From Obrimoposthia wandeli (taxonomy: Eukaryota), in the NCBI GenBank assembly GCA_977020255.1, contig CDROCS010000122.1, positions 248,001 to 312,000 on the forward strand: DNA of 64,000 nt, read 5' to 3'. Below are positions 33,177 through 46,361 of this stretch, piece after piece. Position 1 is the stretch's first letter, and each line of letters starts with the position of its first letter. Both the position numbers and the translations under genes were made by a program. Below the pieces are notes generated by a model. The model was not told the DNA's origin and did no database searches. It was given only the letters and a program-made list of their open reading frames with translations.

Positions 33177-36100
33177 TTAACCAAGATTAACACGGGCATT
33201 TCGGAACATGCGCATCCAAGGGCTGTTTTCATTCCAGTCATCTGGGTGCCATGAGTTAGCCACTGTGCGGAATACACGTTCAGGGTGAGGCATCATGATC
33301 GTTACACGACCATCAGTGGTTGTTAACCCTGTAATGCCATTAGGTGAACCGTTCGGGTTCGCAGGGTAGTTCTGAGTAACATTACCGACGTTATCAAGGT
33401 AACGTAACGCGACTGTACCTGATTGCTCTATGGCATGAAGGTGTTCACCGTTACGCACTTCTACACGACCTTCGCCATGAGAAACTGCGATTGGCATACG
33501 AGACCCAGCCATTTCGTTGAAGAACAACGAGTCACTCTTCTGTACTTCGACTAGACTGAAACGTGCTTCAAAACGTTCAGATTCGTTACGCACAAAGCGT
33601 GGCCACAGATCTGCACCTGGAATAAGCTCACTTAAGTTCGACATCATCTGACAACCGTTACATACACCCAATGAGAATGTATCGTTACGTTTGAAGAATG
33701 CTTCGAATTGGTCACGAGCAATGTTGTTAAACAACACTGATTTAGCCCAACCTTCACCAGCACCTAATACGTCACCGTATGAGAAACCACCACAAGCAAC
33801 AAGTCCATTGAACCCTTCTAGCTGAACGTTACCAGATAAAATATCACTCATGTGAACATCTGTGGCTTCAAAACCAGCACGGTCAAAAGCCGCTGCCATT
33901 TCAACATGAGAGTTAACACCCTGCTCACGTAGAATGGCCATTTGTGGCTTTGCACCTACGTTAATGGCAGGCGCATTAACCACTGATGCACCACTCTTTG
34001 GTGCTGCTGTCATAAATGGAGCAGCAATAAATGGTGCGGCGACATCTTCGTTAATATCGAAGGTTAGCTTAGCGCTTAGACCTGGGTCACTGTTATCTTT
34101 CTTCGCTTCAAACTCTTGCAATGCACCCGCTGGGTTATCACGCATTGCTTGCATCTGGTACGTCGTTTCAGCCCAAACAGTACGAAGTTCAGTACGGCTT
34201 TGCTCGAGAACGCGTTCGTTACCATTCCAAATACGAACCACGTCTTCATCAACCACGGTACCGATAATATGACTACATGCTGTTAAGCCGTTATCAGCAA
34301 GTACTGATTGCACGGCCTCTAAATCTTCAGTGCGCACTTGCAGTACAGCACCTAGCTCTTCATTGAATAGCATTGCCAGTACATCGTCACATCCGTCGCT
34401 TTCAGACGTATTAATGTCAACTTCAACACCGGTGTGGCCCGCAAATGCCATTTCAGCGAGGGTCACATATAAACCACCATCACCACGGTCATGGTAAGCC
34501 AGTACTTTTTCATCACGTACTAGTGCTTGAACAGCGTAGAAGAAGCCTTTGAGTAATTCAGGGCTATCAACATCAGCAGGCTTATCACCCAGTTGCTTGT
34601 AAACCTGTGCCAGTGCCGTAGCACCAAGACGATTTTGACCACAACCTAGATCAATCAAGATTAAGCTTGATTCTCCTTTATCAGTGCGTAGCTGAGGCGT
34701 GACTGTTTTACGGACATCTTCAACACGACCAAACGCGGTAATCACCAATGAGAGCGGAGACGTCACTTCTTTCTGCTCGCCATCTTGCTCCCACTTGGTT
34801 TTCATCGACATCGAATCTTTACCAACCGGGATGGTTAAGCCAAGAGCAGGACACAGCTCTTCACCTACCGCTTTAACGGCTTCGTATAAACCCGCATCTT
34901 CACCAGGGTGACCCGCAGGAGACATCCAGTTAGCCGATAGGTTAATACGCTTCATATCACCAATATCAGCACTTGCGATATTAGTAATCGCTTCGCCAAC
35001 GGCTAAACGAGCAGATGCGCCGAAATCAAGTAGTGCAACAGGTGTACGTTCACCCATCGACATTGCTTCGCCGTGGTAAGTATCATAACTCGCCGCGGTT
35101 ACTGCACAGTTAGCAACAGGAACCTGCCATGGACCAACCATCTGATCACGCGCCACTAAACCAGTTACGCTGCGATCACCAATCGTAATAAGGAACGTTT
35201 TCTCAGCAACAGCTGGTAAGCGTAATACACGTTGTGTTGCCGCTTCTAATTCGATGCCACTACGGTCAATTGGCTGACCTTCGACTTTCAGTGTTTTCGC
35301 GTCACGATGCATTTTTGGTGCTTTACCTAATAGAATATCCATAGGCATATCGATTGGCGTATTGTTAAAATGTTCATCTTCAAGTGTTAAATGACGCTCT
35401 TCTGTGGCTTCACCAACAACGGCAAACGGTGCGCGTTCACGTTTACAAATGGCTTCAAATACGGCCATATTTTCTGGCGCTACGGCCATTACATAACGTT
35501 CTTGCGATTCGTTACACCAAATCTCTAGCGGGCTCATACCCGGTTCATCATTTGGCACGTTACGCAGCTGGAATTTACCGCCACGTTCACCATCATCGAC
35601 AAGCTCTGGTAAGGCGTTTGAAATACCACCAGCACCTACATCGTGAATAAATGCGATTGGGTTAGCATCACCCATCTGCCAACAACCGTCGATCACTTCT
35701 TGACAACGACGTTCCATTTCTGGGTTTTCACGTTGTACTGATGCAAAATCTAAATCTTCTGCTGATTGGCCTGATGCCATTGATGAAGCAGCACCGCCAC
35801 CCAAACCAATGTTCATTGCAGGGCCACCAAGTACAATTAGTTTGGCACCGACTGGGATTTCTTTTTTCTGAACGTGGTCAGCACGAATATTACCCATACC
35901 ACCAGCAATCATGATTGGCTTGTGGTAACCGCGAATTTCTTCGCCATTGTGCGACGTCACTTTTTCTTCGTACGTACGGAAGTAACCTAATAGGTTAGGA
36001 CGACCAAATTCATTGTTGAATGCTGCACCACCGAGTGGACCTTCCAGCATAATATCTAATGCCGTTACGATACGCCCCGGCTTACCGAAATCGGTTTCCC

Positions 36101-37145
36101 AAGGCTGTTCAAAACCAGGGACACGTAAGTTAGAAACTGTAAAGCCAACCAAACCCGCTTTTGGTTTACCACCAAGACCCGTCGCGCCTTCATCTCGAAT
36201 TTCACCACCAGAACCGGTAGATGCACCAGGCCATGGTGAAATAGCCGTTGGGTGGTTATGGGTTTCTACTTTCATCAGGATATGAGCCGCTTCCTGATGG
36301 TAGTTATATTGGCGAGATTCAGGGTTCGGGAAAAAGCGCCCTACTTCTGAGCCTTCCATCACAGCCGCATTATCTTTATATGCAGACAGAACGTGCTCGT
36401 GATTTTTTTCGTAGGTGTTCTTAATCATCTTGAACAATGACTTTTCTTGCTCGACACCGTCGATAGTCCAGTCAGCATTAAAGATTTTATGGCGACAGTG
36501 CTCAGAGTTCGCTTGAGCAAACATCATTAATTCAATGTCGTTAGGGTTACGACCTAACATCGTAAAATTTTCGACTAAGTAGTCAATTTCATCTTCCGCT
36601 AATGCTAAACCCAATTTTAGGTTGGCATCTTCTAGCGCCTTACGACCACCCACTAATATATCAACACTTTGAACGGGTGCTGGTTCAGCTTGAGCAAATA
36701 ATGCGGTTGCAGAATCGACATCGGTAAAGACAACTTCCATCATACGATCATGGATCAGAGCTTTTAATTCTGTAAGTTGTGCATTCGTAAGATCTGCTGT
36801 GACTTCTACGTAGTAAGCCGTGCCACGCTCTAAGCGCTTAACGTTACCCAACGCACAATTTTGCGCAATATCGGTAGACTTAGAAGACCATGGAGAGATA
36901 GTACCAGGACGAGGAGTAACAAGAAGCATAGTGCCAGTAGGCTCATGCTCTGCGATCGTCGGACCGTATGTTAGCAAGCTCGCTAGCTTGCTTTGCTCAT
37001 CTGTATTCAGGGGAGCAGAGACATCAGCAAAGTGCATGAACTCGGCATAAATGCCGGACACAGGTAGATCTAACTCGCGACAACGCTCTAATAGCTTATT
37101 AACGCGAAACTCAGATAGTGCGGGTGAACCACGCAAAATTTCCAT
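33177..37145 (-). CDS. purL: Phosphoribosylformylglycinamidine synthase
   Basis: 1322 aa; [35 protein letters not shown]. Confidence 0.98.
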   Translation of the reverse strand: MEILRGSPALSEFRVNKLLERCRELDLPVSGIYAEFMHFADVSAPLNTDEQSKLASLLTYGPTIAEHEPTGTMLLVTPRPGTISPWSSKSTDIAQNCALGNVKRLERGTAYYVEVTADLTNAQLTELKALIHDRMMEVVFTDVDSATALFAQAEPAPVQSVDILVGGRKALEDANLKLGLALAEDEIDYLVENFTMLGRNPNDIELMMFAQANSEHCRHKIFNADWTIDGVEQEKSLFKMIKNTYEKNHEHVLSAYKDNAAVMEGSEVGRFFPNPESRQYNYHQEAAHILMKVETHNHPTAISPWPGASTGSGGEIRDEGATGLGGKPKAGLVGFTVSNLRVPGFEQPWETDFGKPGRIVTALDIMLEGPLGGAAFNNEFGRPNLLGYFRTYEEKVTSHNGEEIRGYHKPIMIAGGMGNIRADHVQKKEIPVGAKLIVLGGPAMNIGLGGGAASSMASGQSAEDLDFASVQRENPEMERRCQEVIDGCWQMGDANPIAFIHDVGAGGISNALPELVDDGERGGKFQLRNVPNDEPGMSPLEIWCNESQERYVMAVAPENMAVFEAICKRERAPFAVVGEATEERHLTLEDEHFNNTPIDMPMDILLGKAPKMHRDAKTLKVEGQPIDRSGIELEAATQRVLRLPAVAEKTFLITIGDRSVTGLVARDQMVGPWQVPVANCAVTAASYDTYHGEAMSMGERTPVALLDFGASARLAVGEAITNIASADIGDMKRINLSANWMSPAGHPGEDAGLYEAVKAVGEELCPALGLTIPVGKDSMSMKTKWEQDGEQKEVTSPLSLVITAFGRVEDVRKTVTPQLRTDKGESSLILIDLGCGQNRLGATALAQVYKQLGDKPADVDSPELLKGFFYAVQALVRDEKVLAYHDRGDGGLYVTLAEMAFAGHTGVEVDINTSESDGCDDVLAMLFNEELGAVLQVRTEDLEAVQSVLADNGLTACSHIIGTVVDEDVVRIWNGNERVLEQSRTELRTVWAETTYQMQAMRDNPAGALQEFEAKKDNSDPGLSAKLTFDINEDVAAPFIAAPFMTAAPKSGASVVNAPAINVGAKPQMAILREQGVNSHVEMAAAFDRAGFEATDVHMSDILSGNVQLEGFNGLVACGGFSYGDVLGAGEGWAKSVLFNNIARDQFEAFFKRNDTFSLGVCNGCQMMSNLSELIPGADLWPRFVRNESERFEARFSLVEVQKSDSLFFNEMAGSRMPIAVSHGEGRVEVRNGEHLHAIEQSGTVALRYLDNVGNVTQNYPANPNGSPNGITGLTTTDGRVTIMMPHPERVFRTVANSWHPDDWNENSPWMRMFRNARVNLG

Positions 37146-37327
37146 GTGCGTACTACTCTCGATTAGCTAGTTGAATGAAGGTGATATTGGCCTAACACCC
37201 AACAAATTTGGGTTTATTACGTCAATGTCACCTTAACCACTTCCGCGACTTTTTAGCGCTTTATAGTGAGTACATGGATTACGATGGGGCACAGTATAAA
37301 GGAATTTTTTTTGTGACGTAACTCTTG

Positions 37328-37343
37328 ACGCAACCGTTTGCGC
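37328..37343. promoter_or_regulatory. PurR operator upstream of purL
   Basis: ACGCAACCGTTTGCGC. Confidence 0.8.
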
Positions 37344-37491
37344 GTTTTTTTTACAACAACGGTAAAAAAAAAGATTTAAACCCGTTTTGAGACACACATT
37401 AACGAATTCGTTCAGAGTTCAAAGCAGAGTCTCTTTGCTGTGATGCCGACCTTTGGTATAAAGAACACCAAATAATAATGATGAGCATGTT

Positions 37492-39036
37492 TTGTTGAGT
37501 AATAATCCGTTAATTACAAGATTCAGAGAACTCTTAACCGCCGCATTGGTATTGGCATTGCTTTCTGGGTGCCAATGGAAAGATGATAATTTAACCGATC
37601 TTGAAAAGATTCGTGAAAGCGGCGTTATCCGAGTGGGTACATTAAATAACCAGCTGTCTTATTACATTGGTAATGATGGACCAACAGGGCTTGATTATGA
37701 ATTGGCGCAACGTTTTGCCGAAAAACTGGGGGTAAAACTCGAAATGCAACCCATGTTTACCCTTTCAGGTTTATTCCCCACTCTCGATCGTGGTGATATT
37801 GATGTCGTAGCGGCAGGTCTCACTATCTCTAAAGACCGTATCGCAGATTATCACGCAGCCCCTGCTTATTACTATGCCAGCCAGATTGTCGTATATAAAA
37901 ATGGACAGTGGCGCCCAAGAAAACCATCAGATCTTGCTCTAAATAAAGGTAAATTAAGTGTTGTAAAAGGTTCTAGCCATGAAAAACGCTTAATTGAACT
38001 GAAAGATATTTACCCAGATCTGACTTGGGAATCGATTGCAGAAACCGACTCTGATGAGCTACTACGCTTAGTGGCGAAAGGAGAACTTGATTTTACGATT
38101 GCCGATTCAGTAGATGTTGCGCTGGCTCAGCGTATTCACCCCGATGTCGCCATCGCGATGGAACTGACCGAAGATGAGCCGATTGCATGGTTTGTTAACA
38201 AATCAACGGATGATAGCCTGTACGCGTTGCTCATTGAGTTTTTTGGTGAGGTTAAGCAAAGTGGTGAATTGGCTCAATTAGAAGAAAAGTATTTCGGTCA
38301 TGTTGGCAGTTTTGATTATGTCGATACGCGTGCATTTTTACGAGCGATTGAAAGTAAATTGCCTCGCTGGGAATCGTTATTTAAGAAGTATTCAAATGAG
38401 TTCGATTGGCGCTTAATTGCCGCGTTGTCATACCAAGAATCCCATTGGAATCCACAAGCGGTTTCTCCTACGGGTGTACGCGGTATGATGATGCTAACCT
38501 TACCAACCGCCAAATCCGTTGGGGTAAAAAATCGCCTAGATCCAGAGCAAAGTATTCGTGGTGGTGCAGAATACTTACGCAAAATGATTAGCCGAGTACC
38601 CGACAGTATCGAAAGCCATGAAAAAGTGTGGTTTGCGCTTGCGTCTTATAATGTTGGCTTTGGTCATATGATGGATGCGCGTCGCCTTACCCACCAGCAA
38701 GGCGGCAACCAAGATACCTGGACCGACGTAAAACAGCGCTTACCCTTATTACGCCAGCGTAAATACTATCAGCAAAGTCGCTATGGTTATGCCCGTGGTG
38801 ATGAAGCATTAAATTATGTCGAAAATATTCGCCGTTACTATCAAAGCATTATTGGCTATGAACAAGCGCACAGCCAAGATTATGATAGTAATGATGTACA
38901 AGTTGTTGATGGTTTGCAGACCATCACCTTACCGCCTTTACCACCAAGACAAGCAAATGTGGATGGTTCATTAAACAATGAAGCCGCAATCAGTAGTGCA
39001 AAAAAGACAATAGAAAATCCCGAGCCATCACAATAA
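37492..39036 (+). CDS. mltF: Membrane-bound lytic murein transglycosylase F
   Basis: N-terminal SBP3 domain (GLDYELAQRFA) plus SLT domain (YQESHW, GMMMLT, ASYNVG). Confidence 0.95.
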   Translation: MLSNNPLITRFRELLTAALVLALLSGCQWKDDNLTDLEKIRESGVIRVGTLNNQLSYYIGNDGPTGLDYELAQRFAEKLGVKLEMQPMFTLSGLFPTLDRGDIDVVAAGLTISKDRIADYHAAPAYYYASQIVVYKNGQWRPRKPSDLALNKGKLSVVKGSSHEKRLIELKDIYPDLTWESIAETDSDELLRLVAKGELDFTIADSVDVALAQRIHPDVAIAMELTEDEPIAWFVNKSTDDSLYALLIEFFGEVKQSGELAQLEEKYFGHVGSFDYVDTRAFLRAIESKLPRWESLFKKYSNEFDWRLIAALSYQESHWNPQAVSPTGVRGMMMLTLPTAKSVGVKNRLDPEQSIRGGAEYLRKMISRVPDSIESHEKVWFALASYNVGFGHMMDARRLTHQQGGNQDTWTDVKQRLPLLRQRKYYQQSRYGYARGDEALNYVENIRRYYQSIIGYEQAHSQDYDSNDVQVVDGLQTITLPPLPPRQANVDGSLNNEAAISSAKKTIENPEPSQ

Positions 39037-39080
39037 ACCAGTAACAAGCAATGTGATCAGTCTTCCCGCTCATACAAAAA

Positions 39081-39122
39081 CAGCCCTGATTACGTATCAT
39101 CGTAATCAGGGCTGTGTATTTT
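39081..39122 (+). terminator. Terminator after mltF
   Basis: CAGCCCTGATTACG-TATCAT-CGTAATCAGGGCTG-TGTATTTT. Confidence 0.8.
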
Positions 39123-39279
39123 ATGACCGAAGGGTCAACTCTGTACAGTTATTGCACTAAGATGGGATCGGGATCGTACGCGATTTTCAATAAGTAGGTA
39201 ACAATCAAGCCATATGCATCAACTGATGCAATGCGTTCTGTGAACAATCATTTTCACAGTTTTTCAAAAGAGAAATACT

Positions 39280-39432
39280 ATGAGAATATCCAAACAAAAA
39301 TCGACCGCGAATAACGTTAAAAAGCACATGACGTCAGCGGCAACACGCAGAAAGCGTTTGAGTGTAAATGTTCGTCGTAAGATTCTTTGGCGTCAACGCA
39401 CTTATGTACTCTCTGCAGTATTGGCAGATTAA
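39280..39432 (+). CDS. Small highly basic protein (50 aa)
   Basis: Manual translation MRISKQKSTANNVKKHMTSAATRRKRLSVNVRRKILWRQRTYVLSAVLAD; AAGAGA RBS; followed by a terminator. Confidence 0.65.
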   Translation: MRISKQKSTANNVKKHMTSAATRRKRLSVNVRRKILWRQRTYVLSAVLAD

Positions 39433-39460
39433 ACTTACGTAACCCATGTTAGACAATAAT

Positions 39461-39491
39461 AAGCCCGGTCAATTGAACCGGGCTTCTTCTT
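39461..39491. terminator. Terminator between the small ORF and tadA
   Basis: AAGCCCGGT-CAATTGA-ACCGGGCTTCTTCTT. Confidence 0.75.
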
Positions 39492-39554
39492 TATAATCCA
39501 AAGAACCAATATAACCAAAAGAACCAAATTAGACGGACAGTACATCGTGTTTGA

Positions 39555-40124
<570 letters not shown>

Positions 40125-40321
40125 TCAAGATACTAGCCACAGTGATAGCAGGTTACCTTTCACCCTTCACTGCGCCGTCTTATTTCAATGACACTTTCAA
40201 CATTTATATTCAAACAAACATCACATTGTTTCACCTGAGTAAAAGTGATTTGTTATTTACCCCAATTATCATTCAACCAGAAATAAATATAATACCAACA
40301 TCGAAACAAATGACGTGAACG

Positions 40322-40356
40322 CACTATTTATTCGTCACTATTTATTCGTCACTATT
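40322..40356. repeat. 14-bp tandem repeat (CACTATTTATTCGT x2.5) upstream of frmA
   Basis: cactatttattcgt-cactatttattcgt-cactatt. Confidence 0.85.
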
Positions 40357-40435
40357 AAGATTTTCACCTACGGTGTATGAGTGGGAAAAATATCAAAATT
40401 AATAGGCATGATTACTCACGTTGTGATTAGCCTGA

Positions 40436-41581
<1,146 letters not shown>

Positions 41582-41686
41582 CCTGTAGATCACACATAAC
41601 GGCGGTTATAACGCACGTTCTGATTAAACGTTTCAAGCGCTGCTCTGGCAGCGCTTTTTAATATCTACTTAATTTAAGGCTATCCA

Positions 41687-42529
41687 ATGACTTTAGAGAA
41701 TGTTAGCTCAAACAAAAGTTTTGGCGGTTGGAACAAACAATATACTCACCGTTCGACTGCATTAAACTGCAATATGCGCTTTGCCATTTTTTTACCGCCG
41801 CACATTGTCAGTGGTGAAAAAGTGCCCGTTCTATATTGGTTATCAGGCTTAACCTGCACTGATGAAAACTTCATGCATAAAGCGGGCGCACAGCGTCTAG
41901 CAGCAGAGCTAGGCATCGCAATTGTAGCCCCAGATACGAGCCCACGAGGTGACGATGTGGCAGATGATGCTGATGGCAGCTATGACTTTGGATTAGGTGC
42001 TGGCTTTTACGTCAATGCGACACAAGCGCCCTTTAACCGTTATTACCAGATGTATGATTACGTGGTTAACGAGCTGCCAGATCTGATTGAAGCAAACTTC
42101 CCTGTAACCCAACAACGTGCTATCAGCGGTCACTCTATGGGTGGGCATGGCGCATTGATGATTGCCCTGAAAAACCCGACACGCTTTAGTTCAGTATCGG
42201 CTTTTAGCCCAATAGTGAACCCTATGCAATGCCCATGGGGACAAAAAGCATTCACTGGCTACCTAGGTAAAGACATCGAACAATGGAAAGCCTACGACAC
42301 GGTTGAACTCATGAAACACACCGATGTTCGCCTACCAGCATTGGTTGATCAAGGTGATCAAGACAATTTCATGGCGGAACAATTAAAACCAGAAGTATTA
42401 GTCGCCGTGGCTAAAAGTGTCGGCTACCCATTGGAATTACGCATGCAAGAAGGCTACGACCACAGCTACTTCTTCATCGCGAGCTTTATTGAAGATCACT
42501 TACGCTTCCACGCTAAGCACTTTGCTTAA
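41687..42529 (+). CDS. fghA: S-formylglutathione hydrolase
   Basis: LSGLTCT, GHSMGGHG nucleophile motif, GYDHSYFFI. Confidence 0.95.
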   Translation: MTLENVSSNKSFGGWNKQYTHRSTALNCNMRFAIFLPPHIVSGEKVPVLYWLSGLTCTDENFMHKAGAQRLAAELGIAIVAPDTSPRGDDVADDADGSYDFGLGAGFYVNATQAPFNRYYQMYDYVVNELPDLIEANFPVTQQRAISGHSMGGHGALMIALKNPTRFSSVSAFSPIVNPMQCPWGQKAFTGYLGKDIEQWKAYDTVELMKHTDVRLPALVDQGDQDNFMAEQLKPEVLVAVAKSVGYPLELRMQEGYDHSYFFIASFIEDHLRFHAKHFA

Positions 42530-42550
42530 TTGCTTAATTGCTTAATTGCT
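42524..42550. repeat. 8-bp tandem repeat (GCTTAATT x3) at the fghA stop
   Basis: gcttaatt-gcttaatt-gcttaatt-gct. Confidence 0.8.
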
Positions 42551-42603
42551 TATCATTAAACGCTTTAACTTGATAAGTCGTACTTGAAGTAAACAGTACG
42601 AAT

Positions 42604-42632
42604 AAAAAAAGCCTCGCATGCGAGGCTTTTTT
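42604..42632. terminator. Bidirectional terminator between fghA and abgT
   Basis: AAAAAAAGCCTCGC-AT-GCGAGGCTTTTTT. Confidence 0.8.
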
Positions 42633-42681
42633 CATTGTAGAGCTAGCAATAACAGGCCAGTTCTAGCGCATATAACTGATA

Positions 42682-44241
42682 TTACATGCTATATGTATAT
42701 GTAGACTGAACACCTAAAGGAATACCTAGTGCCCAATATGCTAGCAAGAAGATAGTCCAACCAATCAACATTGCGATTGAGTAAGGCATCATCATTGATG
42801 CTAGTGAGCCAATACCAGAGCCCTTCACATAACGCTGCATGTAAACAACAACAAGTGGGAAGAATACCATCATCGGTGAGATGATATTAGAAACAGAGTC
42901 ACCCACACGGTAAGCCGCCTGAGTTAGCTCAGGTGAAATACCAACAGCCATTAGCATTGGCACTAAGATTGGACCAATCAATGCCCACTTAGCTGATGCC
43001 GAACCCACGAGCAAGTTAACAAACGCTGTTAGTAAAATCATACCAACAATTGTCACCTGTCCCGGAAAGTTCATTGCCTGAAGCAATTCAGCACCAGAAA
43101 GAGCCAACAATGTTCCCAAGTTAGATTGCGTAAATGCAACCAAGAATTGAGCAATAAAGAATGCCATTACCATGAAGCTGCCCATGCTGCTCATCGTTGT
43201 AGACATAGACTTAATAACGTCATCACTTGATTTAAAGGTACCCGCAACCCTACCGTACACCACACCTGGAATAACGAATAGAATAAAGATTAGCGGTACA
43301 ATCGACTGCATTAACGGCGCATTGAATGCTGTGATATCACCAGTAGGCGAACGAAGTGGCGACGTTTCAGGAATAACTGACGCAACCAATACCACAATAC
43401 CCGCGATCATTGCCCAACCAGCACGAGAGAAAGCTTTACTTTCGATTGCAGTGAAAGAGCCCATATCAGGCGCTTCTTCTGCATCTTCATCGATTGCCGT
43501 ATTTGCTAGGCGCGGTTCAATCACCTTATCTGTTACATACCAACCGATACTCACAACAAGTATTGAAGATAAACCAGTAAATAATAAGTTAGATAATGGG
43601 TTTACAATATAAGTAGGATCTAAAATTTGTGCCGCAGACTGGGTAAAGCCCGCTAATAAAGGATCAATGCCTGATGGAATAAAGTTAGCAGAAAAACCAC
43701 CCGATACACCCGCAAATGCAGCTGCAATACCCGCAAGAGGGTGACGACCCGCAGCGTGGAAGATGATACCACCAAGTGGAATAACCAACACGTAGCCCGC
43801 ATCGGCAGCCGTGTGAGAAACGATTGCCACCAAGATTAACATTGGTGTTAATAATTTCGCAGGCGTGAAACTAAGCATCTTCTTAAGACCAGTATTAATA
43901 AAGCCTGACGCTTCAGCAACACCCACACCCAACATCGCCACTAATACGATGCCTAACGGTGCAAAGCCAGTAAAGTTCTTAACCATATTTGCTAAGAAGC
44001 TAGCAAATGATTCACCCGTTAATAAATTTTTCACTTCAACAGCTTGACCTGTAACCGGGTGAATAAACCCAAAATCAAACTGAGCAAAAACGGCAGAAAG
44101 GATCCAAACGATGATTAATCCCCAGAAAAACAATAAAGCTGGATCGGGGATTTTGTTACCTGTTGTTTCAATTGCATTCAAAAAGCGGTTCATTGCACTG
44201 CTAGGTGCAGGGGGCATTTTATTTGTTGCTTGCTTACTCAT
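42682..44241 (-). CDS. abgT: AbgT family transporter
   Basis: Start moved to MSKQ; GNKIPDP, FAPLGIVLVAMLG, HPLAGIAAAFAGVSGGFSAN, YRVGDS. Confidence 0.92.
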   Translation of the reverse strand: MSKQATNKMPPAPSSAMNRFLNAIETTGNKIPDPALLFFWGLIIVWILSAVFAQFDFGFIHPVTGQAVEVKNLLTGESFASFLANMVKNFTGFAPLGIVLVAMLGVGVAEASGFINTGLKKMLSFTPAKLLTPMLILVAIVSHTAADAGYVLVIPLGGIIFHAAGRHPLAGIAAAFAGVSGGFSANFIPSGIDPLLAGFTQSAAQILDPTYIVNPLSNLLFTGLSSILVVSIGWYVTDKVIEPRLANTAIDEDAEEAPDMGSFTAIESKAFSRAGWAMIAGIVVLVASVIPETSPLRSPTGDITAFNAPLMQSIVPLIFILFVIPGVVYGRVAGTFKSSDDVIKSMSTTMSSMGSFMVMAFFIAQFLVAFTQSNLGTLLALSGAELLQAMNFPGQVTIVGMILLTAFVNLLVGSASAKWALIGPILVPMLMAVGISPELTQAAYRVGDSVSNIISPMMVFFPLVVVYMQRYVKGSGIGSLASMMMPYSIAMLIGWTIFLLAYWALGIPLGVQSTYTYSM

Positions 44242-44561
44242 GGGAACTCCATGGAAAATGATGTTGTTGTAGATTCGCGACGGTGTCTTTACCACTTTTT
44301 ACAGTGGCATATTTATCTTATTCGTCCGTTAATCTGTTTGCTTCACCGTTACGGTGAAAGATGACGATAGATTGTAATGAAAAATGACAAATAAAAAGCG
44401 GGTTTAACCATGCAATAACAAAAGCTAGTAATACTATATTGTAAATAAGTATTAACACGACACATACAACCAACAAATAAAAAACACTTTGTATTTGTAA
44501 TTTCAACACCGTATATCATGTATTACTACATCGAAATGATATAAATAGTGTAGCTGAAAAC

Positions 44562-44586
44562 AAAAAAGCACCCGAAGGTGCCTTTT
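44562..44586 (-). terminator. Terminator after guaA
   Basis: AAAAAAGCACC-CGAA-GGTGCCTTTT. Confidence 0.75.
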
Positions 44587-44645
44587 CTTATGTTCATTTC
44601 ACAACGCTTAATACATTGCTACATAATATGAACCGATAACGAAAA

Positions 44646-46229
44646 TTATTCCCACTCGATAGTCGCTGGTGGCTTACCAGAAATATCGTAAACAACACGT
44701 GAAATGCCATCAACTTCATTAATGATACGGTTAGAAACCTTACCTAAGAAATCGTATGGAAGGTGTGCCCAATGTGCCGTCATAAAATCAATCGTTTCAA
44801 CAGCACGCAGTGAGACAACCCAATCATATTTACGACCATCACCCATTACGCCAACCGAGCGTACTGGTAGGAATACCGTAAATGCTTGAGACACTTTATT
44901 GTAAAGATCTGCACTGTGTAGCTCTTCAATGAAGATAGCATCTGCACGACGCAGTAAGTCACAGTACTCTTTCTTTACTTCACCGAGTACACGTACACCT
45001 AAACCTGGTCCAGGGAACGGGTGGCGGTAAAGCATGTTATACGGAAGACCTAGCTCTAGACCAATCTTACGTACTTCATCTTTAAACAATTCACGTAAAG
45101 GCTCAACTAATCCCATTTCCATATCATCTGGCAGACCGCCAACGTTATGGTGAGATTTAATCACATGCGCTTTACCATTTTTAGAGGCTGCAGACTCGAT
45201 GACATCAGGGTAGATAGTACCTTGAGCCAACCACTTAGCATTTTTCAGCTTCTTCGATTCTTCATCGAATACATCAATAAAGGCGTGACCGATAATCTTA
45301 CGCTTCGCTTCAGGCTCGTTCTCACCTGCCAATGCGTTTAAGAAACGATCTTCAGCTTTAACATGTACGATGTTCAAACCAAAATGATCACCGAACATAT
45401 CCATTACTTGCTCGCCTTCGTTTAAACGAAGCAAACCGTTATCAACGAATACACAGGTTAGTTTGTCGCCGATAGCACGGTGAAGCAGCATAGCCACAAC
45501 GGATGAATCTACACCGCCAGATAAGCCTAGAATAACTTCATCATCACCCACTTGCTCTTTAATGTTAGCAATGGCGTCTTCGATGATGTTTGCTGATGTC
45601 CAAAGGTTCTCACAACCACACACGTTCAGAACGAAGTTCTCAATAATGCGCATACCTTGACGAGTATGGGTTACTTCAGGGTGGAACTGAACACCATAAA
45701 AACGCTTCTCTTCATTTGCTATCGCAGCAAATGGGCACGTTTCTGTTTCTGCAACTTTTACGAAGTCAGCAGGAATTTCAATAACTTTGTCGCCGTGACT
45801 CATCCATACATCAAGTAAGGGTGCGCCATCTTCAGCAAGTGCATCTTCAATATTTTTAAATAGGCCTGTTGGTTCTACAACTTTAACTTGTGCATAGCCA
45901 AATTCACGTTCAGTAGAACCTGCAACTTTACCGCCAAGCTGCTCAGACATTGTTTGCATACCGTAGCAAACACCAAACACAGGTACACCGGCTTCAAACA
46001 CATATTGTGGAGCACGAGGCGAACCTTCTTCAGTCACACTTTCAGGACCGCCAGAAAGAATAATACCGTTTGGATTGAAGTCACGAATATCGGCTTCATC
46101 AACGTCCCAGCTCCAAAGCTCACAATAAACACCGATTTCACGGATACGACGTGCGATTAGCTGAGTATATTGAGAACCAAAATCCAGAATAAGGATACGC
46201 TGGTCATGAATATTAGTAGATGTAGTCAT
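44646..46229 (-). CDS. guaA: GMP synthase
   Basis: [36 protein letters not shown]. Confidence 0.98.
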   Translation of the reverse strand: MTTSTNIHDQRILILDFGSQYTQLIARRIREIGVYCELWSWDVDEADIRDFNPNGIILSGGPESVTEEGSPRAPQYVFEAGVPVFGVCYGMQTMSEQLGGKVAGSTEREFGYAQVKVVEPTGLFKNIEDALAEDGAPLLDVWMSHGDKVIEIPADFVKVAETETCPFAAIANEEKRFYGVQFHPEVTHTRQGMRIIENFVLNVCGCENLWTSANIIEDAIANIKEQVGDDEVILGLSGGVDSSVVAMLLHRAIGDKLTCVFVDNGLLRLNEGEQVMDMFGDHFGLNIVHVKAEDRFLNALAGENEPEAKRKIIGHAFIDVFDEESKKLKNAKWLAQGTIYPDVIESAASKNGKAHVIKSHHNVGGLPDDMEMGLVEPLRELFKDEVRKIGLELGLPYNMLYRHPFPGPGLGVRVLGEVKKEYCDLLRRADAIFIEELHSADLYNKVSQAFTVFLPVRSVGVMGDGRKYDWVVSLRAVETIDFMTAHWAHLPYDFLGKVSNRIINEVDGISRVVYDISGKPPATIEWE

Positions 46230-46304
46230 TATCGAGAAGTCTCAAAAATAATTGAAAATAGTGGGGGCTAAAAACGCCCCCGATGTTATACAAATTTTCC
46301 ACTT

Positions 46305-46320
46305 AGGCAAACGTTTTCGT
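46305..46320. promoter_or_regulatory. PurR-like operator in the guaB-guaA spacer
   Basis: AGGCAAACGTTTTCGT. Confidence 0.6.
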
Positions 46321-46361
46321 CACGATTGAATAATCAATGAACGAATACGCTAAAAACACAT

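Noticed and set aside
44318-44509. 63-aa hydrophobic ORF between guaA and abgT
   Set aside because: AT-rich intergenic sequence, no clear RBS or motif; probably spurious.
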